A DNA stretch of 64,000 nucleotides from an archaeon (lineage in GTDB: Archaea; Nanobdellota; Nanobdellia; Woesearchaeales; GCA-2686295). Location of the stretch: positions 10,410-74,409 of the forward strand of contig JBDRCD010000004.1 in NCBI GenBank assembly GCA_043822105.1, read 5' to 3'. Below, one piece after another: positions 19,328 through 28,033 of the stretch. Numbering within the stretch: position 1 is the first letter of the stretch; each line of letters begins with the position of its first letter. Both the position numbers and the translations under genes were made by a program. Below the pieces are notes generated by a model. The model saw only the letters and a list, made by a program, of their open reading frames with translations. It was not told the origin of the DNA and searched no databases.

Positions 19328-20242
19328 TTAAGCTTTACCTTGAGTTGCAATCAGATTTGGCTGTGAAATTAAAAATACTAACTTTGACAAGTGCATCGAA
19401 TGATAAAGCACTATTGACTCTTCTTCTGTACATTTCTTGAAGAGTTTATGGTCAAAGTATATGTTTTCCCAGCCACTGGTTATTTTTGTGAAATTTTCTA
19501 GTTTTTGTTTTCTTAGTTGTTTTACAAATACAGAGAATAACTCCTCTGCATCATAAAACACTTTTTTTACTTCCTTGTTTACAGGCAAAGTTTTTAATTT
19601 GCTTAGTTTTTGATAGGCATAGTATTGATTGTGCTGAATTAAAATTAATCTTTCCAATAACAAATGCAGGAAACTTTCTTCGTCTCGTTCTATGATTGAA
19701 TTTTTATGAATTGTTCTTGTTAAGAATAATAGAAATCTTCTTGCATCCTTTGTCAGTTGTTCTACTTCTTCATATCTGTCATACTTATTGTTGCCTATGG
19801 ACTCTCCCAGTATCTCTAAGGAATATTTTATTATTGAGATGCATCTGTTGAAAAGAGATGTGAACTCTTCTGTTGTTGGCGTCGCTGTTTCGCTTACTTT
19901 GCAGTCGTTGTCTTTTTGGTCGACGATTTCAACACCTATGAGATTTGACACTGTTTCTTGAATTATTTTGAGAGCTTTTTTTTCTTGAAAACTAACGTTT
20001 AGAACATTGTATCCTTTTAGATAATGATTTTCAATCATTATTCTATAGTATGATTCTGTTCCTTTTTCCAGATTTAACTTTGCTCCTTTGCTTGTTTCTT
20101 TTTTATCTGTACTTATTGTTAACTGAGAACCTTTCTGCTCCATTTCTATTTCATCCTGTCCGTTGAGATTATGTTCTCGAACCCACTTTATTGGGAGAGT
20201 TATGGTGTAGGCAGTCTTTTGTTTGATGATTTTTCTAATCAT
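19328..20242 (-). CDS. hypothetical protein with N-terminal AbrB/SpoVT-like swapped-hairpin and a helical, PhoU-like C-terminal domain
   Basis: The N-terminal TITLPIKWVREH resembles AbrB-type DNA-binding segments. The rest is predicted helical. Domain assignment is weak. Confidence 0.35.
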   Translation of the reverse strand: MIRKIIKQKTAYTITLPIKWVREHNLNGQDEIEMEQKGSQLTISTDKKETSKGAKLNLEKGTESYYRIMIENHYLKGYNVLNVSFQEKKALKIIQETVSNLIGVEIVDQKDNDCKVSETATPTTEEFTSLFNRCISIIKYSLEILGESIGNNKYDRYEEVEQLTKDARRFLLFLTRTIHKNSIIERDEESFLHLLLERLILIQHNQYYAYQKLSKLKTLPVNKEVKKVFYDAEELFSVFVKQLRKQKLENFTKITSGWENIYFDHKLFKKCTEEESIVLYHSMHLSKLVFLISQPNLIATQGKA

Positions 20243-20337
20243 AGTTCTAGTAATATTTAGACATTTATATATGTTTCGTATATTTCGTATAGAAAATATA
20301 TATTTATTAGAAAAGTTTACTATTTTTAGGTGAGAAC

Positions 20338-21351
20338 ATGATTACATTAAACTCAAGGAATTTTTCAGAATTACAAACAATATGGACTGAAGAAAGTAGT
20401 AAGCTTAGTGGAAATTTAACTAGCAACTCTTCTCTGCCCAAAGATATTTCCGATAGATTATTTTCCGACGACAACTTTGATAAAAAATATTTTAAAAGTA
20501 TAACTTCTCAGAAAATAGAACCATTAAAATTTAACAATGAATTAAACTATATAACTGGTTTGGATATTTTGGCAGAATTACAAAATCTTAGTAAACCAAA
20601 TAACCTGACTTTGTTTAGAGCAATAAGATTTCCAACTCCGAAAAGACTTTCTGAATTAGTTAATGAAAAAGGTTTTTCCCAAGAAAACTATGAACAGGAA
20701 AGACTTCAAAGACTTTATTCAGATAAGGAATATTTACTATTGCGAGAACAAATAAAAAATAATGCTTTGTTTAATTTTCAACCTCAAGAAAGAATTGTTG
20801 AAGGTCTTCCAGCATTTTCTTTGGTAAATGATGCAATACAAATTCACAGAGCCTATCGTTCCAACGTGGACAGAGTAGCAATTGCAGTTGGTTTTTTCCC
20901 TAAGGAATTATTTGAGGAAGGAATATTTGAATTATATGCAAACACTGCCATTGACTTTGAACGGCAAAATGATTCTAGGGATTTTAAGATAACTGATTTT
21001 AAACAGGGTCCGAAAGGAAGCACTATAATTGATTACTCATCTCTAAGAGTAAGAGGAATTGATGTCTTTGAAACATTTCTAAGAAAAGCACCTACTAACA
21101 TGTCTGATATGAATAAACTAGGTGTTAAACAATCATTTTATGTCTTAGACATATATAATGCTAAAAATTATAATGTGAATTTTGATAGTATTTCTCAGAA
21201 CTCCAAATTGTTAAAAGAGAATGAATGGTTTTTACACGGATTCTTAGGAGATCATAGTCTGCTAGGAAGAGATAAAGCAAAGTATATCCCATTCAATTGT
21301 TACGAGATAAAAAGTAATAATAAAAGAAATGTGGCCTATGTCTTAGAATAA
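20338..21351 (+). CDS. hypothetical protein (337 aa, probably cytoplasmic)
   Basis: Long ORF with no signal peptide and no recognisable motif. Transcribed divergently from 19328..20242. Confidence 0.4.
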   Translation: MITLNSRNFSELQTIWTEESSKLSGNLTSNSSLPKDISDRLFSDDNFDKKYFKSITSQKIEPLKFNNELNYITGLDILAELQNLSKPNNLTLFRAIRFPTPKRLSELVNEKGFSQENYEQERLQRLYSDKEYLLLREQIKNNALFNFQPQERIVEGLPAFSLVNDAIQIHRAYRSNVDRVAIAVGFFPKELFEEGIFELYANTAIDFERQNDSRDFKITDFKQGPKGSTIIDYSSLRVRGIDVFETFLRKAPTNMSDMNKLGVKQSFYVLDIYNAKNYNVNFDSISQNSKLLKENEWFLHGFLGDHSLLGRDKAKYIPFNCYEIKSNNKRNVAYVLE

Positions 21352-21647
21352 TTTTTTTATAATATATGTCGAGGAGAACAACCCTCATAGAAATGTTTTT
21401 TTACTCTTCTTCTTCACTGGAGTCTGAGAAAAACTTGTTCAAGTTCTTGCTTGATATCTTTGCTTTGTAACTGATTGCAGCCATTGTTTAGTCCCTTGTT
21501 TTTTCTTTAATAAAATAAACAACCATCATTTATAAAGATGATTACTTTGGAAACTATAAACATCAAACCATTCTTTCTAAAACAATGTTCTAAGAAACAT
21601 AGTTTGCAAGAAACTAAATTTAAAAAGGCTCAGAGGATTAAACGGCT

Positions 21648-22145
21648 TTAACTTTCCTGTTTTCCAAGTCCCATGATGCTCTGTCTTTCGTGATGGATAA
21701 CTTTTCCAGTGACAGCATCAACCTTTATGTTTATTATGTTCATTGCAAGGGTTACTAGAGTCATATTGTATAGTTCTTTCTCAAGATTTTGAACTATTAC
21801 TATTGTCTTGCTTACTATTTCTCCCTTGTACTTTGTGTCAACAAGAAACTGTGCTTGTTCAACTGCTTTTTCAAGGTCAATCTTGACGTTTTTCATGTCA
21901 AGTCCTGTTATTTTTTTCTCAGGCTTCTTGAAAACCTCTTCTTCTGGAGTGATGGTTATTTTCTTTCCGACTATGAATACAACAACTTTGTCTCTTGTTT
22001 TGCTGTAGTAGCCTATCTGCCAGTCTTCCTGTATCTTATCGATGATTGTAAATGCATGTGCCAGGTAGAAGTCAGGATTCTCTTTCTTAAAACCTTTGAA
22101 CTCCTTTGATTTTTCCAGAATTTCGATTGCTCTTTTTAGTAACAT
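21648..22145 (-). CDS. hypothetical protein
   Basis: 165-aa ORF with a lysine-rich, mixed alpha/beta character. Confidence 0.4.
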   Translation of the reverse strand: MLLKRAIEILEKSKEFKGFKKENPDFYLAHAFTIIDKIQEDWQIGYYSKTRDKVVVFIVGKKITITPEEEVFKKPEKKITGLDMKNVKIDLEKAVEQAQFLVDTKYKGEIVSKTIVIVQNLEKELYNMTLVTLAMNIINIKVDAVTGKVIHHERQSIMGLGKQES

Positions 22146-22183
22146 TGGATTTACAGATATATAATACTATATAAGGGTTTTGG

Positions 22184-22861
22184 TCATTTAATCAGTTCAG
22201 ATAATGTTCTGAATTCATAACCCTGCTTTCTGGTTTCATCGATGATGTCAGAAAGTGCATTCAGTGTTTGCTCTCTGTTTTCAGGTCCATCATGAAGTGC
22301 TATTATGCTTCCTGACTTTAGATTGTTTACAATCCTTGAAACTATTTTTTCCTCTCCAGGTCTTGAGTAATCTCTTGGATAAATTGACCAAGTTATTGTT
22401 GTTAAACCTAACTCTTTTGCAACTTTTATTGTTGTGGGAATTCTAAAACCATATGGTGGTCTGAAATACTTTGTTTCAAAGCCTGTGATGTTCTCAACAA
22501 TTTTTTTGCCTTCGCTAATTTCAAACTCGTTTTTTGTCAGTAGGAAATGATGACTTAGGGTATGCAGTCCGACTTCATGACCATTTTCTACCATTAGTCT
22601 AATTGTCTCAGGATTATCCAATGCTCTTTGGCCAACAACAAAGAATACTGCACTGACATTTTTTTCCTTCAGAACATCCAATATTTCCTCTGTTTCAGTT
22701 CCCGGACCGTCATCAAAAGTTAATATTACTATTTTTTCTTCTGTATCTATTTTATTAACAACTTTTCCGAAGAACTGGGATTTTGGAAAGTATGAGAAAT
22801 ATAATATTAACAGAATCATCAGGATTATTGTAAGTGTTATGATAGTTTTTTTGTTTTTCAC
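22184..22861 (-). CDS. polysaccharide deacetylase (NodB homology domain)
   Basis: N-terminal TM segment, TFDDGP (motif 1), and HTLSHH (motif 2). Confidence 0.8.
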   Translation of the reverse strand: MKNKKTIITLTIILMILLILYFSYFPKSQFFGKVVNKIDTEEKIVILTFDDGPGTETEEILDVLKEKNVSAVFFVVGQRALDNPETIRLMVENGHEVGLHTLSHHFLLTKNEFEISEGKKIVENITGFETKYFRPPYGFRIPTTIKVAKELGLTTITWSIYPRDYSRPGEEKIVSRIVNNLKSGSIIALHDGPENREQTLNALSDIIDETRKQGYEFRTLSELIK

Positions 22862-23940
22862 TAGAGATCAATCTCTTCTGTTTCTTTAACCAAGTCCTTT
22901 GTTCCTTTCCCGCTTATTCCGACTTGTGGTGTTGGCAGCAGGAAATCTTTTACTTCAAATTCTTTATCTGAATTGACCAGTTTATGCCATTTCTTGAAGT
23001 CAATCCATGTGTGCCACTTTCCTTTTTTCTTAAAAGTTTTCTTTGTCAGCAGAACAACTCTTGAGGGTATGTGCTCGGAAACAATTTCATAATCTGGCAA
23101 AAACTTGATTAGCTTGTTGGTAAACTCTACAACTTCTTCATGGAGTGGCATGTTTTCTCTTTTCAGTCTTTCCCTTGAAGGACCCACATGCATGTAGGAT
23201 TTTACCTCGATGAAATCAGGATTTGCTTTCATTATGAGTTTTGCATAGTTTTCAGGTTCAACATCGTTAACTTTTTTGATTTGTGTTATTCGGATGCAGG
23301 TTCTGTCTTTTTTCTTTGCAAGGATTTCAAGGCTTTTATTTAGTCTCTCCCAGTAGTCTGAAAACAGAGGAACGTCGACTTTTTTTAACAGTTCTTTGTT
23401 GGGTGCATCAAGGCTAAGGTATAATTGTGTGACTGGCTTAAGGTTTTTTATCTGGTCCGGATACTGCGCGTTTGTAACCATGAATGTTGAAATTCCATTC
23501 TTATTGCACAGGTCTATGAACTCATTGATTCTGGGATAGATTATCGGTTCTCCAGTAAGTGAAAGTGCAACGTGCTTCACAGTTGTTGAAGTTTCATAGG
23601 CTTTTGCGTCTTTGTTGCCTTTGAAACCAACCAGAAGCCTGTGATGTTCTTCAAGGCTTTTGTCCATTATCATTTCAGGGTCATCGACGGTCCACTTCCA
23701 TTCTTTGGAAACCGGTGCTTTGTAGCCTCTCCAGCAGAAAGTGCAGCGGTTGGCACAGCTTAGGCTAGTGCTCATCTGCATGCACTGGTTGCTCATGATA
23801 CCGTAGAATTTCAGCTTGTAGCAGCCGCCTTTGCCTCTAATCATGGATTTTGTCCAGCCACAGATCTTCACGGCTGAATGCTTGCCAACTATACGATACT
23901 GCTGCTTTTCGAGTTCTTGCTTTGCTTCTGCTGTTAACAT
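22861..23940 (-). CDS. taw1: tRNA 4-demethylwyosine synthase (Taw1/Tyw1 radical SAM)
   Basis: Radical-SAM cluster CANRCTFCWRG plus the N-terminal Cys of the auxiliary cluster (GKHSAVKICGW). Confidence 0.85.
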   Translation of the reverse strand: MLTAEAKQELEKQQYRIVGKHSAVKICGWTKSMIRGKGGCYKLKFYGIMSNQCMQMSTSLSCANRCTFCWRGYKAPVSKEWKWTVDDPEMIMDKSLEEHHRLLVGFKGNKDAKAYETSTTVKHVALSLTGEPIIYPRINEFIDLCNKNGISTFMVTNAQYPDQIKNLKPVTQLYLSLDAPNKELLKKVDVPLFSDYWERLNKSLEILAKKKDRTCIRITQIKKVNDVEPENYAKLIMKANPDFIEVKSYMHVGPSRERLKRENMPLHEEVVEFTNKLIKFLPDYEIVSEHIPSRVVLLTKKTFKKKGKWHTWIDFKKWHKLVNSDKEFEVKDFLLPTPQVGISGKGTKDLVKETEEIDL

Positions 23941-23941
23941 T

Positions 23942-24529
23942 TTATACCTTAAACACCATTCCTTCCGGCCCTACGTTGATGACAAGTGTCTTTCCAATCT
24001 TGTCTTTCTTTCCAAAGGTTTCGTGCAGGTGTCCTGAGAGGGCGAGTATTGGCTGTTCTTTTTTTATGTAATCTCTGTAGCTCTTGCTACCTACGTGTCC
24101 CATTGAAAGAAGGTCTAGCGTTGTTCCGTGTGGTGGGCCATGGGTTATTAGAATTACTTTCATTCCTTTGGTATGCTCTTTAGTTGTTTTTATCCACTGT
24201 TCAAACTCAGGGTCGTGGATTGCGAATCCGCCACCGCCGTATCCGATGATTGCAACATCTTTTATCTTCAGAACTTTTTTGTGGAAAAATTCCAGGTTTT
24301 TGAAATGCTTTGACAGGAATTCCACTGTTTCCTTGTCTTCATGATTTCCATGCAGTAGATAAACTTTTTTTGGAAGCTTGTTCATCTGCTCCATTATGTA
24401 TTCTATCTCATTTTCAAAGATTGTAAAGTCGCCTGGGCAGATAATGTAATCCACGTCTTTTGCTTTCTCTGCGACTTTTCTCAGATCTTCCGGGCTTCCG
24501 TGATGGTCTGTGAATACAAGTATTTTCAT
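23942..24529 (-). CDS. metallophosphoesterase (calcineurin-like)
   Basis: DHHG, GDF, and GNHED motifs. Confidence 0.8.
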   Translation of the reverse strand: MKILVFTDHHGSPEDLRKVAEKAKDVDYIICPGDFTIFENEIEYIMEQMNKLPKKVYLLHGNHEDKETVEFLSKHFKNLEFFHKKVLKIKDVAIIGYGGGGFAIHDPEFEQWIKTTKEHTKGMKVILITHGPPHGTTLDLLSMGHVGSKSYRDYIKKEQPILALSGHLHETFGKKDKIGKTLVINVGPEGMVFKV

Positions 24530-24568
24530 GCTCTTAGAATAAAATACTATTTTTTAAAGCTTTGTAAA

Positions 24569-25786
24569 TTATAGTCCATAGTAATCTTCAAGTATTACCT
24601 TGTCGAGTTTTTCCAAATCCTTTACCCTGTAGAGTTTTCCTTCGCCTATCTCAGTTATTTTCTTGGCAAGCTTTGCTCCTTTTTCATCAAGCTGTATTCC
24701 GATGACTGAAATGGTTATTCCTGCGTTTCTTGCCATGGACGTTGCTTCCAAAGTGTCTTTTTCAGGTCTATCACCCTTTGTCGGAATGGCGTCTGTCAGC
24801 AGTACGAGATGCTTTGTTTCTTTTTTGTCGCCGAACAGTTCAACTGCTTTTTCTATGGTTTTTGCAATGTCTGTTTCCATGGCTGCCCTGATTGAAGTCA
24901 GGCTTCTTAGAAGCCTCATGAAATCATTGGTTGGTTCAACAACGTTTTTTATGTCAGAGCCGAAAACAATCAGTCCAACATAATTCTTTTCATTGATTGC
25001 CTTAAAGGCCAGAGCAACTCCTGCTTTCTTTGCGGTTGCCAACTTGTCACCTTTCATGCTTCCGCTTGCATCCATGCCGTAGATTATTGAGATTTTTCCT
25101 TTGCTTTTTCGCTCGAATATCTTTATGTCTTCCTTGACAATGTTTTTATGACTTCTCTTGATGGCTGTTTTTACTGTTCTCCTGATGGATATGTCTTTGT
25201 ACCTTGACTTTCTATAGTGTCCTGTGTCTTCCTTGTCACCATAGATGTCGGTTTCTTTCTTTCTCTTCTCGCCAAAGCCTTTTGCCATTAGGTTGTCAAG
25301 TTCTTCGGTGTACATTATCAGTGAGCTCAGATAGAGTCCTTCGTCTGTGACGTGACCTTCCTTTGAAACTAGTTTGTCATCTTTTAGTTTGTCAATGTTC
25401 TTTTCTATGTTTTTCGCGATTTCTCGCTGGAATTCAGGAATGTTAATGTTTTTTTCAACGTAGTTGGGAGAATAATTTGTGAGTTTTCGTATGATTTTTG
25501 GACCAAATAATTTTTCAGCTAGTTTGTAATTACTTACAAGATTTTGCAGCATCAGTTCAGGAGTGAATGCACCAACTCCCTGATTTATGCTTTCAAGTAT
25601 CAGCTTTCCGTCATCAATCTTATCCTTGTCACCCTGTAAAACAGAACTCATAAGCTTGTCCATTTCATCGTCTTTTTTGAGCTTACCGCTCAGTTCATCT
25701 ATTGCTTCGGCGCTTTTTACTTTTACTTCCTCATAATCGGGTGACTGGCTGTCAAAGATAGTTCGCTTTCTCGCTGAACTTTTCAA
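24569..25786 (-). CDS. von Willebrand factor A domain protein (MoxR/ChlI partner)
   Basis: MIDAS motif DASGSM in IIYGMDASGSMKGDKL. It lies immediately downstream of an AAA+ gene. Confidence 0.75.
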   Translation of the reverse strand: MKSSARKRTIFDSQSPDYEEVKVKSAEAIDELSGKLKKDDEMDKLMSSVLQGDKDKIDDGKLILESINQGVGAFTPELMLQNLVSNYKLAEKLFGPKIIRKLTNYSPNYVEKNINIPEFQREIAKNIEKNIDKLKDDKLVSKEGHVTDEGLYLSSLIMYTEELDNLMAKGFGEKRKKETDIYGDKEDTGHYRKSRYKDISIRRTVKTAIKRSHKNIVKEDIKIFERKSKGKISIIYGMDASGSMKGDKLATAKKAGVALAFKAINEKNYVGLIVFGSDIKNVVEPTNDFMRLLRSLTSIRAAMETDIAKTIEKAVELFGDKKETKHLVLLTDAIPTKGDRPEKDTLEATSMARNAGITISVIGIQLDEKGAKLAKKITEIGEGKLYRVKDLEKLDKVILEDYYGL

Positions 25787-26639
25787 ACTCTTCCCGAATA
25801 TAGTCTTCGGGTTTCTTGAGGTATTTCATTGATGGTTTTAGTCTTATCCGGTGGCTTAGAACTGACACTATTATTGCCTGTATATCTTCCAAAGTGACTG
25901 TTTCTCTCTCGCTCAGAATTGCATGGGTCTGTGCTCTTTCGTAGAGTCCAAGACTTGCCCTGACACTTGGCTTTTTCTCGATGTTCTCATCGATTCTCAG
26001 GTCTCTGATAAATTTCAGGCATCCTTCCAGCAGTTTTTCAGGAAAGTCGATCATCTTTTTTCCGGACAGATGGACGATGTCTTTTTCTATCTCCAATGTT
26101 TCAGGATAATGCAAATATATGAAGTCGAACCTGTCAAGAAATACGTCCGATAGCGGTTCTGTTGATGTGTCTTCTGGGTTCATAGTTCCTATGAATACAA
26201 AGTTTGCGTCAAAGTCAACTTTGTAACTGCCTATAGTCACTTTCTTTTCTTCCAATGACTGTAATAACGCGTTCTGTAGCTTTTCCGAGCACCTGTTTAT
26301 CTCATCAAAGAACAAGACTCCTTTGTCTGCCTGAAATATCTTTCCTGGTGAGAATGCTTCTTTGCTTGTCGGTCCGAACTTCAGTGCTTTTATAGGGTCA
26401 ATGTCTCCTATCAGGTCTTCTGCTGTTAAATCAGGTGATCCCTGTACTCTGACAAAAGGAGCGTTTGTTCCTATGACTTTTGCAACGTTCTTTGCAAGGG
26501 TTGTTTTTCCAATTCCGGGCGCTCCAACAAGTACGATGTTTCGCTCGCTCATAAGAGCTCCTTTCAGATGCTTCTTCACATCTTCCTGGCCAAGTATGTC
26601 TTTGAATTCTGCTTTCTTTATATTTTTTGATTCCATCAT
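25752..26639 (-). CDS. AAA+ ATPase, MoxR / Mg-chelatase ChlI-like (AAA_5)
   Basis: Walker A GAPGIGKTT, Walker B LFFDEINR, and the sensor TMNP. Confidence 0.8.
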   Translation of the reverse strand: MMESKNIKKAEFKDILGQEDVKKHLKGALMSERNIVLVGAPGIGKTTLAKNVAKVIGTNAPFVRVQGSPDLTAEDLIGDIDPIKALKFGPTSKEAFSPGKIFQADKGVLFFDEINRCSEKLQNALLQSLEEKKVTIGSYKVDFDANFVFIGTMNPEDTSTEPLSDVFLDRFDFIYLHYPETLEIEKDIVHLSGKKMIDFPEKLLEGCLKFIRDLRIDENIEKKPSVRASLGLYERAQTHAILSERETVTLEDIQAIIVSVLSHRIRLKPSMKYLKKPEDYIREEFEKFSEKANYL

Positions 26640-26807
26640 AATCTTCCTCCTTCTTCAGGGGCATGTCTGCAAACTATATAAAACTTTCCTGATGTTTTTT
26701 CGAGTTTCTTGAAACTTTTCACAAGTCAATCGGAAGATTTTCTCGTCGAAGACTGGACATATAGTTGCGTAGCGCTTATTAATCAAAACTGTTTTAGTAG
26801 AATTATC

Positions 26808-26921
26808 GCCGTAGTCGCATAAAGGTAGTGCGAATGCCTGAAACTGCCCAAATAGTGGTTGGGCAGCCAGAAAGCATTTAGACTTTCGCTGGTCATCCCG
26901 GTTCGATTCCGAGCTACGGCG
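26808..26921 (+). tRNA. intron-containing tRNA; anticodon tentatively GAA (Phe) with a ~29-nt intron after position 37
   Basis: Acceptor stem GCCGTAG/CTACGGC with discriminator G. Canonical T-arm CCCGG-TTCGATT-CCGAG. D-arm CGCA/TGCG. Anticodon stem AATGC/GCATT flanking CTGAAA. An 8-bp hairpin CTGCCCAA/TTGGGCAG sits inside the inserted segment. Total length is 114 nt. An 18-nt stretch between the anticodon 3' stem and the T-arm is not explained by this fold. Confidence 0.6.
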
Positions 26922-26944
26922 TATAAATTATTAGAAATATAAAA

Positions 26945-27151
26945 ATGTTTGTAAAAATCAATAATCGGATACTGGACAATGAAGTCCTTAAAAAAGAGAA
27001 GGTCTTGGTAAAGAACCACATGATTATATGTATTCATGATCTTGTGAATGTCTATGGCTTTGAGAAAACAAGAAGAGGATTTGTTAACAAAAATCTCAAT
27101 ATGAGACTGGAGTTGAAGTTTTCAAAACCAGTAAAAGAAGAGTTTGTGTAG
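26945..27151 (+). CDS. small hypothetical protein (68 aa)
   Basis: ORF directly downstream of the tRNA with no recognisable motif. Confidence 0.3.
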   Translation: MFVKINNRILDNEVLKKEKVLVKNHMIICIHDLVNVYGFEKTRRGFVNKNLNMRLELKFSKPVKEEFV

Positions 27152-27163
27152 GAAAATTTTTAT

Positions 27164-28033
27164 ATGACTGAAGATAATTCTTTCTTCATGGCTTTCAAAG
27201 AACACCTGCTGATGTTTCTGCGTGGACTTATCATGGGTATTGCAGATATTATTCCAGGAGTTTCTGCAGGAACAATGGCTCTCATCACAGGTATCTATGA
27301 AAGACTAATTTTTGCAATTGATGGGATTAACAGGTTCTTTGTAAAACATATTTTCAAACTGAACTTCAGGAAGCTTCGGAGAGATTACAAAAAGATTGAT
27401 TTCGCAGTTTTCATACCTGTATTGCTTGGTATTGCAATAGCATTGTTTTCTTTGGCACACCTGATGGATTACCTGTTGCTTGAGTGGACTTCCATAACCT
27501 ATGCATTTTTCTTTGGACTGATTCTTGCTTCGGCAGTGTTTGTTTTTCAAAAAGCCGATGGTAACCGTTCAAGAGGATTTTTTTATCTGATTATTGGTTT
27601 TGTTTTTGCTTTCTGGTTTTCTGGTTTGAAAGCCTTGGATGCAAACCATTCACTGCCAATACTGTTTGCATCGGCTGCAATTGCAATCTGTGCAACCATT
27701 CTGCCCGGAATATCCGGATCTTTCATGATGGTGCTTCTGAACCAGTACGAAACAGTCATTGCGTCTCTGAAGAATCTCTGGTTTGATAATTTGATAGTTT
27801 TGGTTCTGGGAGCAATTGTTGGTGCATTGGCATTTTCAAGACTGCTGAATTTTCTTTTGAAGAAATACAAAAGCGAGACAATGTTTTTCCTGACAGGACT
27901 GATGCTTGGATCACTGAGACTGCCCTATGATAAAATAGTTACTGCCGGAAACCATTATTTGTTTGCAGTGATTGCTGCGGTTATTGGTTTTGCAATAGTA
28001 TTTGTTTTAGAAAAAAACTTTAACAAACACTGA
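27164..28033 (+). CDS. DUF368-family polytopic membrane protein
   Basis: Duplicated PGVSAGT / PGISGSF motifs, which match the DUF368 PGxSRSG signature, in a roughly 8-TM protein. Confidence 0.7.
   Translation: MTEDNSFFMAFKEHLLMFLRGLIMGIADIIPGVSAGTMALITGIYERLIFAIDGINRFFVKHIFKLNFRKLRRDYKKIDFAVFIPVLLGIAIALFSLAHLMDYLLLEWTSITYAFFFGLILASAVFVFQKADGNRSRGFFYLIIGFVFAFWFSGLKALDANHSLPILFASAAIAICATILPGISGSFMMVLLNQYETVIASLKNLWFDNLIVLVLGAIVGALAFSRLLNFLLKKYKSETMFFLTGLMLGSLRLPYDKIVTAGNHYLFAVIAAVIGFAIVFVLEKNFNKH

Noticed and set aside
21360-21480. 30-aa minus-strand ORF (MAAISYKAKISSKNLNKFFSDSSEEEE) in the 300-nt gap between 21351 and 21648
   Set aside because: It is too short, has no motif, and has no clear RBS. 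I mention it only as a possible unannotated small protein, so it is not promoted to a feature.
26783-27037. 84-aa minus-strand ORF
   Set aside because: It overlaps the tRNA gene at 26808-26921 almost entirely. The tRNA call has canonical acceptor and T-arm structure, so the ORF is spurious.
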